Under the pieces are notes generated by a model that was given only the letters and a program-made list of their open reading frames with translations, made no database searches and was not told the origin of the DNA. Shown here piece by piece: positions 11,254-19,319 of a stretch of 64,000 bases of DNA (the first letter of the stretch is position 1; every line of letters begins with the position of its first letter). The position numbers and the translations under genes are program-made. This stretch comes from Gammaproteobacteria bacterium. GTDB taxonomy: Bacteria > Pseudomonadota > Gammaproteobacteria > Pseudomonadales > Pseudomonadaceae. The stretch is taken from positions 111,778-175,777 of the forward strand of contig JAAYFI010000026.1 of the NCBI GenBank assembly GCA_012728315.1, given 5' to 3'.

Positions 11254-11898
11254 GTGAAAAAGCCGAGTAAATCTCGTTTTAAAACTCAAGGGCAGAGCGC
11301 TTATTCGCGTCGCCCGCGCTTAGCGTCCCGACGAGCCGCCGCTGAGCCATTAGAGCCCTGCTTGTTAATGTTGAATAAGCCTTACGATGTGCTGACCCAG
11401 TTTACAGATGAGCAGGGGCGCGCCACTTTGAAGGATTATGTCCCGGTTGCGGATGTTTATCCGGCTGGGCGTTTAGATCGAGACAGTGAAGGCTTGGTGT
11501 TGCTGACCAATAGCGGTCAGTTGCAAGCCCGTATTGCTGATCCTAAATTTCGATTGCGTAAAGTGTATTGGGTGCAAGTGGAAGGCCTGCCACAGGCAGA
11601 GCAGTTACAGCGCTTGCGCGAGGGCGTTGAGTTAAAGGATGGCTTAACCGCGCCCGCGCAGGTTGAGTGCATCGATGAGCCGGCGTTATGGTCACGTACA
11701 CCGCCCGTGCGTGAGCGTAAGACTATCCCAACGGCGTGGTTGCAATTGACTATTTACGAAGGCCGTAATCGGCAAGTACGGCGCATGACCGCGGCGGTTG
11801 GCTTGCCAACCTTGCGCTTAGTGCGTGTGCAAATAGGTGAGTGGCAATTGGGTGATTTGCCAAGTGGAGAGTGGCGTGCACTTGAGCTGCCAGAATAA
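11254..11898 (+). CDS. rluE: 23S rRNA pseudouridine synthase E
   Basis: [39 protein letters not shown]; GTG after AGAGG. Confidence 0.9.
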   Translation: MKKPSKSRFKTQGQSAYSRRPRLASRRAAAEPLEPCLLMLNKPYDVLTQFTDEQGRATLKDYVPVADVYPAGRLDRDSEGLVLLTNSGQLQARIADPKFRLRKVYWVQVEGLPQAEQLQRLREGVELKDGLTAPAQVECIDEPALWSRTPPVRERKTIPTAWLQLTIYEGRNRQVRRMTAAVGLPTLRLVRVQIGEWQLGDLPSGEWRALELPE

Positions 11899-11977
11899 CG
11901 GCCTGGTTTGATTGCTCAGGTTTGGCGTAACGGGACAGCGCTGTATGGGTGCCCCGTTACTTGACTTTGCTGCAGGT

Positions 11978-12370
11978 TTAGTATTCCGCAAGAATGACTT
12001 CAACGCTTTTATTGACAACTTCACGCCATGCTTGGATGGTTTCAGTGGTGCTTTGCTTGTCGTGTTCGCGAATGGTGGCTGCGAGCGCGTTAAACCATAG
12101 CGTATAGAGCTCGGGTCTAATATTCATCCCTTTGCGTGAGTGCGAGCAGCCCAGTGCTTTGAGTTTAGTGTTGGGCATGCCTCGCGCATATAGCACGACA
12201 TTGAGAATGCCTTGGCGTAACAAAAGTTTTTGCGCTGCCATATTGGTATTGGCGAACTTATCACGCACTTCTGGGGAACTGGCGAGAAAATGATCATAAA
12301 ATGAATCGAAAAAACCATCACTTGCACAGCAACGGCCATAACTCTGCATAACGATATCTGCAGCTTTCAT
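11978..12370 (-). CDS. Single-domain globin
   Basis: Globin pattern FFDSFY..F, F...Q (E7) and LGCSH (proximal His); ATG after AAGGA. Confidence 0.85.
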   Translation of the reverse strand: MKAADIVMQSYGRCCASDGFFDSFYDHFLASSPEVRDKFANTNMAAQKLLLRQGILNVVLYARGMPNTKLKALGCSHSRKGMNIRPELYTLWFNALAATIREHDKQSTTETIQAWREVVNKSVEVILAEY

Positions 12371-12457
12371 CAAGTATTTCCTTATGGGGATAAAACAGAA
12401 GTCATATATTTGAATGCTGGGGATGCTTAATCAGAGGGCTTTGAGCAGCGTGTTGGT

Positions 12458-12658
12458 CTATAGACCTTTGATTGCGATAACAACAGTTTTAATAATAAAA
12501 CCCAGTACGCCAAGACCTAAAGCAAAAAACAGAACGGCAGTTCCATAACGGCCGGCTTTAGATTTTTTGGCTAGATCCCAAACGATAAAAGCCATAAATA
12601 AGATCAGACCACCCACTAAGACGGTCATCATTAAGTCTTCAAAAACTTCAGTTTCCAT
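12458..12658 (-). CDS. DUF2788 family small membrane protein
   Basis: Two TM segments flanking FIVWDLAKKSKAGRYG; probable start METEVFED. Confidence 0.85.
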   Translation of the reverse strand: METEVFEDLMMTVLVGGLILFMAFIVWDLAKKSKAGRYGTAVLFFALGLGVLGFIIKTVVIAIKGL

Positions 12659-12859
12659 GGTCTTTCCAGGTGGTATAGCAATGTGTACGCATGTTATGCC
12701 GTGCACAGCATTGCAAGTGTCGCAGTCAATTGCGCCGTACTGTTTCGTTGATCCACAGCATGAGATGTTAACATTATACGCCAAAAATCTGACAATGTAA
12801 GGATGCGGCGCTTTTAAACATGCCGCACTGTTGTGGCTTTAGAGTGCTCGATTGTGCCA

Positions 12860-13339
12860 TCAAGGATGGAGGTGGCTCAAAGGCAGGGCCGTGGATAGTT
12901 GCACATGATTCAGCACAAAGCTTGAGCGCACACTTGTTACACCTTCAATCCGGGTTAGTTTTTCCAGCAGAAATTTTTGATAATGGTCCATGTCCGGCAC
13001 TATAACTTTAAGTTGGTAGTCGGCATCCATGCCAGTAATGAGACTGCACTCCAGCACTTCAGGCCATTGGCAAATATGTGTTTGAAAGTTTTCAAAACGT
13101 TCAGGGGTGTGTCGATCCATGCCTATAAGCACATAAGCGGTTAAGGTCAGTCCTAGCTTTTTGCGGTCAAGTAATGCCACATGTTTGCGAATATAGCCTT
13201 CATCTTCTAAGGCTTTAACTCGTCGCGAGCACGGTGAGGCTGATAAGCCGATGCGTTCAGCCAGCTCTTGATTGGAAAGTTGAGCGTTGTGTTGCAGCTC
13301 TTGGAGAATGCGTAAATCATAACGGTCAAGTTGGCTCAT
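12860..13339 (-). CDS. Lrp/AsnC family transcriptional regulator
   Basis: LDRYDLRILQELQ...ELAERIGLSASPCSRRVKALE HTH plus RAM domain. Confidence 0.96.
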   Translation of the reverse strand: MSQLDRYDLRILQELQHNAQLSNQELAERIGLSASPCSRRVKALEDEGYIRKHVALLDRKKLGLTLTAYVLIGMDRHTPERFENFQTHICQWPEVLECSLITGMDADYQLKVIVPDMDHYQKFLLEKLTRIEGVTSVRSSFVLNHVQLSTALPLSHLHP

Positions 13340-13516
13340 AGAATCCTCGTTGGTGCGCTAAAGGTATGTGATGACTTTAGCTTGGTTTAAAATTGCTAAT
13401 ATTTTCATGTTATCAGGTTTATATTGCTATAAATCTGTTTTTATCGCTATCTTTGCAATTTTTAACTGGCGATTGTTGAGTACACTATAGCCATGTTCAC
13501 AGCTTGTGGAGAATCA

Positions 13517-13606
13517 ATGCCCCGTAGTGTGATCTTTATCGAGATTGCACAGGAAAAATACTTTACCGAGTGTTTTACCCGCAAGTTCGAGCACCTTACC
13601 CGGTGA
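13517..13606 (+). CDS. Candidate 29-aa small protein MPRSVIFIEIAQEKYFTECFTRKFEHLTR
   Basis: GGAGA ends 4 nt upstream of ATG 13517; stop TGA 13604-13606; lies within the promoter-terminator unit. Confidence 0.35.
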   Translation: MPRSVIFIEIAQEKYFTECFTRKFEHLTR

Positions 13607-13643
13607 TCGGTTGAACCAACAGCACAACTGTTGCTAAGGGCCG

Positions 13644-13680
13644 CAAAAAAGGAGCATCTGTAAAGATTGCTCCTTTTTTG
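13644..13680. terminator. Intrinsic terminator, potentially bidirectional
   Basis: CAAAAAAGGAGCA-TCT-GTAA-AGAT-TGCTCCTTTTTTG; GNRA loop; A and U tracts. Confidence 0.85.
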
Positions 13681-13804
13681 TATGCAAGCATGAATGATAA
13701 TGTGCCACACTCAGCAGCACTCCCATTACCGAGATGAATAAGCGCTGTGACTCTGCGATAATTCAGGCCCAGGTATTTTCAGCAAGCTAAGTAGAGGGCG
13801 CAAA

Positions 13805-14290
13805 ATGAGTGCTTTTCATGAGTTAACACTCACAGCATTGGATGGCAAAGAGCTGCCATTGGCACAGTTTAAGCAGCAGTTGCTACTGATTGTCAATGTG
13901 GCGTCTGAGTGCGGTCTAACTCAGCAGTATATTGGTTTGCAGGCGTTGCATGAACGGTATCAACGCTATGGTTTTAGCGTTTTAGGTGTGCCCTGCAATC
14001 AGTTTGGCCGGCAAGAGCCAGGCAGTGCGCAAGAGATTCATAGCTTTTGTACTGAGCGTTTTGGGGTGACTTTCCCGCTCACAGAAAAATTACAAGTCAA
14101 TGGCGCAGGTAATCATCCCTTATATCGTTTGTTGGCGGGCGAGGGGGCTGAGTTTCCCGGTGATATTACTTGGAACTTTGAGAAGTTTTTGCTGGATGGT
14201 GAGGGGCGTGTTTTGGCCCGGTTCTCACCGCGTACAGAGCCCAATGATCCGCAGTTAATACAAGCGATCGAGGCGGCATTGGCACTATAA
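13805..14290 (+). CDS. Glutathione peroxidase (Cys type)
   Basis: NVASECGLT, PCNQFG.QEPG and WNFEKFL motifs. Confidence 0.95.
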   Translation: MSAFHELTLTALDGKELPLAQFKQQLLLIVNVASECGLTQQYIGLQALHERYQRYGFSVLGVPCNQFGRQEPGSAQEIHSFCTERFGVTFPLTEKLQVNGAGNHPLYRLLAGEGAEFPGDITWNFEKFLLDGEGRVLARFSPRTEPNDPQLIQAIEAALAL

Positions 14291-14318
14291 ATAGTGCTGT
14301 TATTCCGTAGTGGTTATT

Positions 14319-14346
14319 AAAAAGGAGACGTGACGTCTCCTTTTTT
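14319..14346. terminator. Bidirectional terminator between gpx and bamD
   Basis: AAAAAGGAGACG-TGA-CGTCTCCTTTTTT. Confidence 0.88.
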
Positions 14347-14368
14347 GTGGGTGTGGCGTGGCGGTGGA

Positions 14369-15352
14369 TTACTGACCAAACACACCGAAAGTTAAACGAT
14401 TGAGCCAGCTGCGTTTAGGCTGTTCATTATTAATAACGGTACGTACGCTCTCAGGCAGCTCTTCAGCGGCATCCTCATATTGGCGAATCACATCCTTGCT
14501 GGCCTGTGTTTGCTGTGGGCGTAAATCCTCATTAGGAGTGATCAGGCCTAAGGTTGCTTTGCTTAACCAAGTGCGGTTTTCGGTGTCTTTTTCGCGCGCT
14601 TTAAATGTGCCGCTGGCCAAGCTAGGGTGCTCAGGATAGTTGAGCTGCAAGGTTTCTAAGCTGGTGGCCGCTAGATCATGAAGCGCGAGGTGCTGATAGG
14701 CTTCGGTCATAATCGCTAGGCCATCGCCCACTGCCGGTGTTTCTTGAAAGTTTTCAACAATGTAGCGACCACGGTTGAGCGCGGCAACATAGGATTGACG
14801 CTTGAGGTAGAAGTGCGCAACGTTCACTTCATAGGCGGCCAGCAAATTACGCAAATAAATCATGCGCTGTTTAGCGTCTGCGGCGTAGCGACTATTGGGG
14901 TAGCGATTGGTCAGTTGTGCAAACTCATTATAAGAGTCGCGCGCGGCGCCAGGATCGCGCTTGGACATATCCAACGGTAAGAAACGCGCCAGTAGGCCGC
15001 GATCTTGATCAAAAGACGCCATGCCTTTCATATAGTAAGCATAGTCAACATTGGCGTGCTGCGGGTGTAGGCGGATAAAGCGATCGGCAGTGGCACGCAC
15101 AGCTTCAGGCTCTTTGTTTTGGTAGTAGGCGTAAATCAGCTCTAATTGCGCTTGCTCTGCGTAACGGCCAAAAGGGTAGCGAGATTCTAGTGCTTTAAGT
15201 TTGCTAATTGCAGCCGAGTAGCTGTTTTTCTCAAGATCTGTTTGCGCTTGCTCGTACAGCGCGGTTTCGCTTAGATTTTCATCAATACCTTTGGACGCGC
15301 AAGCGCCTAATAAGGTAAAAAGAGCGATAAATAGCAGGTGCCTTAGATGCAT
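14369..15352 (-). CDS. bamD: Outer membrane protein assembly factor BamD (ComL)
   Basis: Lipobox LGAC, TPR motifs [14 protein letters not shown] and FIRLHPQH; divergent from rluD. Confidence 0.95.
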   Translation of the reverse strand: MHLRHLLFIALFTLLGACASKGIDENLSETALYEQAQTDLEKNSYSAAISKLKALESRYPFGRYAEQAQLELIYAYYQNKEPEAVRATADRFIRLHPQHANVDYAYYMKGMASFDQDRGLLARFLPLDMSKRDPGAARDSYNEFAQLTNRYPNSRYAADAKQRMIYLRNLLAAYEVNVAHFYLKRQSYVAALNRGRYIVENFQETPAVGDGLAIMTEAYQHLALHDLAATSLETLQLNYPEHPSLASGTFKAREKDTENRTWLSKATLGLITPNEDLRPQQTQASKDVIRQYEDAAEELPESVRTVINNEQPKRSWLNRLTFGVFGQ

Positions 15353-15502
15353 GATTGAGTACGCCGTTAAACGGTCGGCTGACTTGCAGTGAGCCGTCCT
15401 GTTATAGTGAACACCTCGAATCAAGATTCGAGGCAAATTATGCTGTATTTAACCACAAGCGTGCGCTTGAAACCAAAGCCTACGCATTCTCTGTTGATGA
15501 GT

Positions 15503-16477
15503 ATGCCAACAAATACGACCGAAACAATTCAATTATACGCAAAGGTTCCTGTGGAACTGGGTGGACAACGCTTGGATCAGGTTGCTGCGCAGTTGTTCCC
15601 AGAACATTCCCGTTCACGTTTGACTGCTTGGATCAAAGAAAACCGTTTGACGGTTGATGGTCAAGTCTTGCGGCCGCGCGATACTGTTTATAGTGGCTCT
15701 GAGCTTGAGCTGACGGCCGAGCGTGAAGCGCAAGGTGAGTGGCTTGCTCAAGATATTGCACTGGATATTGTTTATGAGGATGAACATATTCTGGTGTTAA
15801 ATAAACCCGCAGGCTTAGTTGTGCACCCAGCAGCGGGGCATCCCGATGGCACCTTATTAAACGCTTTACTTTTTCATGTTCCAGGGCTGATTGAGGTGCC
15901 CCGTGCTGGTATTGTGCATCGCCTTGATAAAGATACAACCGGTTTGATGGTGGTGGCGAAAACTCTAGAAGCGCACACCAGCTTGGTTGAACAGTTGCAA
16001 GCGCGCACAGTGGGACGCACCTATGAAGCCATAGTGGTTGGCGTGATTACTTCTGGCGGCACCATTGATGCCCCCATTGGACGACATGGCCAGCAACGGC
16101 AGCGCATGGCGGTGATTGATAGCGGCAAACCTGCCGTCAGTCATTACCGAGTGTTAGAGCGTTTTCGTTCCCATACCCATACGCGAGTCATGCTAGAAAC
16201 TGGGCGTACCCATCAGATTCGCGTACATATGACGCATATTGGCTTTCCGCTTGTAGGGGACCCGGCGTACGGTGGACGTTTCCGCATTCCGCCGGCGGTT
16301 AACCCTACGTTGCTGGAAACACTTAAAGAGTTTCCGCGGCAAGCATTGCATGCTCGTTTTTTAGAGCTGCAGCATCCAGTGACGGGCCAGCGCATGAAGT
16401 GGGAAGCGCCTCTGCCCGATGATTTCACCTGGCTGCTCACCTTACTGCGCCAAGATCGAGAGGCTTTTGTTGGGTGA
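15503..16477 (+). CDS. rluD: 23S rRNA pseudouridine synthase D
   Basis: S4 domain RLDQ..SRSR, HRLDKDTTG, LETGRTHQIRVH; start approximate. Confidence 0.96.
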   Translation: MPTNTTETIQLYAKVPVELGGQRLDQVAAQLFPEHSRSRLTAWIKENRLTVDGQVLRPRDTVYSGSELELTAEREAQGEWLAQDIALDIVYEDEHILVLNKPAGLVVHPAAGHPDGTLLNALLFHVPGLIEVPRAGIVHRLDKDTTGLMVVAKTLEAHTSLVEQLQARTVGRTYEAIVVGVITSGGTIDAPIGRHGQQRQRMAVIDSGKPAVSHYRVLERFRSHTHTRVMLETGRTHQIRVHMTHIGFPLVGDPAYGGRFRIPPAVNPTLLETLKEFPRQALHARFLELQHPVTGQRMKWEAPLPDDFTWLLTLLRQDREAFVG

Positions 16478-17223
16478 ACGATGGATTTGCACGAGCAGGC
16501 TTGGATTGGCTCATACCCGACTGGCCGGCGCCGCAACATGTGCGTGCCTGTGTTACCACCCGGAGCACGGGTGAGAGTGTGGCGCCCTATGCCTCCTTTA
16601 ATTTAGGTGTGCATGTTGGCGATAACCTTGAACAGGTGCAACGTAACCGTAGCTATCTGGCGCAGGTGTTGCAATGCCAGCCTACTTGGTTGGATCAAGT
16701 GCACGGCAATCGTGTGGTCACTGCAGATGCCAGGCAAACGCTGAGTGCGGATGCCAGTGTATCGCGTAGCGTCGGTTTGGCCTGTTGCATTATGAGCGCT
16801 GATTGTTTGCCCGTTTTATTTACCGATCAGGCTGGCTCCTGTGTTGCTGCTGCACATGCAGGTTGGCGCAGTTTAGCTGCCGGTGTGCTGGAAAATACTG
16901 TAGCGCATATGCAGGTGGCGCCACAGCATATTTTGGCTTGGTTGGGGCCGGCCATTGGCGCAGAGGTATTTGAAGTGGGTGGCGAAGTGCGCGAAGTATT
17001 TATGCAGCAGCACCCAATCACTGAACAAGCTTTTGTTCCCAGTCAGAATCCCGGTCGTTGGTTGGCGGATATTTATCAGCTGGCACGCATCCGCTTAGCG
17101 GCTTGCGGTGTGCATGCGGTCTATGGCGGCGGATTCTGTACGCTCACCGATCCGCGTTTTTATTCTTATCGGCGTGAGCCAGTCAGCGGGCGTTTTGCCA
17201 GTTTGGTCTGGATAACCCAGTAG
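16474..17223 (+). CDS. pgeF: Peptidoglycan editing factor PgeF (YfiH)
   Basis: QVHG, ADCLPV, AHAGWR, FYSYRR; overlaps rluD stop. Confidence 0.94.
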   Translation: MNDGFARAGLDWLIPDWPAPQHVRACVTTRSTGESVAPYASFNLGVHVGDNLEQVQRNRSYLAQVLQCQPTWLDQVHGNRVVTADARQTLSADASVSRSVGLACCIMSADCLPVLFTDQAGSCVAAAHAGWRSLAAGVLENTVAHMQVAPQHILAWLGPAIGAEVFEVGGEVREVFMQQHPITEQAFVPSQNPGRWLADIYQLARIRLAACGVHAVYGGGFCTLTDPRFYSYRREPVSGRFASLVWITQ

Positions 17224-17402
17224 GGCCGGCCTTCGCAGCGCGAGGGCGCACATGTTACATGGCTGGCTGAGCCGAGTGCTGCATCAATTGTACCTTTCAC
17301 TGATGTCTATGAGTGCCGAGCCAAAGGTATGGCAGGCTTATATCATCCTTTTGGTTGATGTGCTGCAGCAGCGAATATCTTACCTTTGTTATACACATTA
17401 AA

Positions 17403-17416
17403 AATAACAAAACAAC
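17403..17416 (+). promoter_or_regulatory. CA motif (AAnAAnAA), putative Hfq/Crc site
   Basis: AATAACAAAACAAC directly upstream of the RBS of the acyl-CoA ligase. Confidence 0.55.
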
Positions 17417-17426
17417 AGGTGTTGAT

Positions 17427-19109
17427 ATGCTCCAGACGCGTATTTTGCCTTCTGCTAAGAACGCACATGCTGCTCCTTTATTAATTAAAAACCTCCTGCT
17501 CTCAGGCGCTCGCTATGAGCCCCAGCGTGAAATCGTTTACCGTGATCAGCTGCGTTATACCTATGCCACCTTTGTGCAACGGGTTGCGCGCTTAGCTCAT
17601 GTGTTAACCGAGATGGGCGTGCAGGCCGGTGATACGGTGGCGGTAATGGATTGGGATAGTCATCGTTATCTTGAATGCATGTTTGCCGTGCCAATGTTAG
17701 GCGCGGTTTTGCATACCATTAATGTGCGCTTATCCCCACAGCAGATTCTCTACACCATGAATCATGCTGAAGACCGCTTTGTTCTTGTTAATAGTGAGTT
17801 TGCTGGCCTGTATGCAGGATTGGCGGACTCGTTAACCACGGTGCAACGTACTTTATTACTGGCTGATGCTGGCGCAGAAACGGTGACATTGCCCGATTCG
17901 GTCGGTGAGTATGAAGCGTTATTGGCGGCCGCCTCGCCGCACTATGCATTTGCTGAGTTTGATGAGAACTCTGTGGCTACCACGTTCTATACAACGGGCA
18001 CCACCGGTCATCCAAAGGGTGTTTATTTCACGCATCGACAGCTGGTTTTACACACTCTAGCGATGGCCTCGGTGGTTGGCGGTGTCGATAGCGTACGCTT
18101 GTGCGGCACCAATGATGTCTATATGCCGATTACGCCAATGTTTCATGTGCATGCATGGGGTATGCCTTATGTCGCAACGATGTTGGGGCTTAAGCAAGTG
18201 TATCCAGGGCGCTACGATCCAGACATGCTGGTTGAGCTGTGGGAGCGAGAAAAGGTTACTTTTTCACACTGTGTACCGACCATTGTGCAAATGATTTTGG
18301 GCGCAAAGGCTGCGCAAGGTAAAGATTTTTCCGGCTGGAAGCTGATTATTGGTGGCAGTGCACTGCCGCGGGCTTTGTATGATGCCGCGCTTGCGCAAGG
18401 CATTCAGTTAACAGCGGCATATGGTATGTCAGAAACTTGCCCGTTAATTTCAGCAGGCATGCTGAATGAGCAGTTGCAGGCAGCCAGTGAAGACGAGCGC
18501 ATTACCTATCGTATTAAGGCCGGCATTCCAGTGCCTATGGTTGAAGTCGCTCTAATGGATGAGGATGGGCAGTTTTTAGCCCAAGATGGTAAGCAGCAAG
18601 GTGAGCTGGTTTTGCGCGCACCTTGGCTCACCCAGAGCTATTTTCGTGAGCCCGAGCTGGGTGAGCAGCTGTGGGAGCATGGCTGGATGCATACCGGTGA
18701 TGTCGCCACAATCTGTGAAATGGGTTTTATTGAGATTCGTGACCGTATTAAAGATGTGATTAAAAGCGGTGGCGAGTGGGTTTCCTCTCTGGAACTAGAA
18801 GATCTGATCAGTCGTCACCCGGCTGTACGTGAAGCTGCAGTGGTAGGTGTGCCTGATCCGCAGTGGGGCGAGCGGCCATTTGCTATGTTGGTTTTAAAGA
18901 CGGGTCAGCACCTAGATGCGCGGGGTATTAAAGAACATCTGAAGCCTTTTGTGGAGCAAGGACTGCTCAGCAAGTGGGCGATACCGGCGCAGGTAGCAGT
19001 TGTTACCGAAATACCCAAAACCAGTGTAGGTAAGTTAGATAAGAAGCGTGTTCGTCAAGATATTGCACAGTGGCAGGCCGATGCCTCGGTATTTTTATCT
19101 ACCTTGTAG
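17427..19109 (+). CDS. Medium/long-chain fatty acid-CoA ligase (AlkK-like)
   Basis: YTTGTTGHPKG, YGMSET, HTGD, DRIKDVIKSGGE, PKTSVGK adenylation motifs. Confidence 0.93.
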   Translation: MLQTRILPSAKNAHAAPLLIKNLLLSGARYEPQREIVYRDQLRYTYATFVQRVARLAHVLTEMGVQAGDTVAVMDWDSHRYLECMFAVPMLGAVLHTINVRLSPQQILYTMNHAEDRFVLVNSEFAGLYAGLADSLTTVQRTLLLADAGAETVTLPDSVGEYEALLAAASPHYAFAEFDENSVATTFYTTGTTGHPKGVYFTHRQLVLHTLAMASVVGGVDSVRLCGTNDVYMPITPMFHVHAWGMPYVATMLGLKQVYPGRYDPDMLVELWEREKVTFSHCVPTIVQMILGAKAAQGKDFSGWKLIIGGSALPRALYDAALAQGIQLTAAYGMSETCPLISAGMLNEQLQAASEDERITYRIKAGIPVPMVEVALMDEDGQFLAQDGKQQGELVLRAPWLTQSYFREPELGEQLWEHGWMHTGDVATICEMGFIEIRDRIKDVIKSGGEWVSSLELEDLISRHPAVREAAVVGVPDPQWGERPFAMLVLKTGQHLDARGIKEHLKPFVEQGLLSKWAIPAQVAVVTEIPKTSVGKLDKKRVRQDIAQWQADASVFLSTL

Positions 19110-19158
19110 GCTGCGGCGCAGTGAGGGTATAAATATGACTTACAAGTCATCAGTTTAG

Positions 19159-19175
19159 TTGGCATGCTTGCTGCA
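19159..19175 (+). promoter_or_regulatory. Putative sigma54 -24/-12 promoter
   Basis: TTGGCATGCTTGCTGCA: GG(19161-62)-N10-GC(19173-74). Confidence 0.45.
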
Positions 19176-19319
19176 TTAGGCTACAGATAGAGACTGTTAG
19201 AACGTTTAAAGCCGCCAGATTAGAGCGGATAGCATGATTAATCAGTCTTTCGGTTGATTGGTCTAGGAAAGTGGTTGGTTATACTGCCAACAGCCAAAAT
19301 AACATTCGGAGTTGTACTC

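Larger units (their letters stand above)
13493..13680 (+). ncRNA. Candidate small transcript (sRNA or small-ORF mRNA) divergent from the Lrp/AsnC gene
   Basis: -10-like TACACT at 13481-13486 and a strong intrinsic terminator at 13644-13680, with no large gene between them. The 5' end is estimated. Confidence 0.45.

Noticed and set aside
13517-13606. Classical attenuator leader peptide for gpx
   Set aside because: No tandem run of one amino acid, no clear antiterminator seen, and gpx is not a biosynthetic gene.
13462-13710. 82-aa minus-strand ORF upstream of the Lrp gene
   Set aside because: No RBS, no family resemblance, and it crosses a terminator hairpin.
13805-14290. Selenocysteine glutathione peroxidase
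   Set aside because: The active-site codon is TGC (Cys); no in-frame TGA.
17313-17426. Long N-terminal extensions in the ORF track (ligase; likewise DUF1302, rluD, hpf, murD, yraN, DUF2788)
   Set aside because: Longest-ORF artefacts; downstream starts have better RBSs or match family N-termini.
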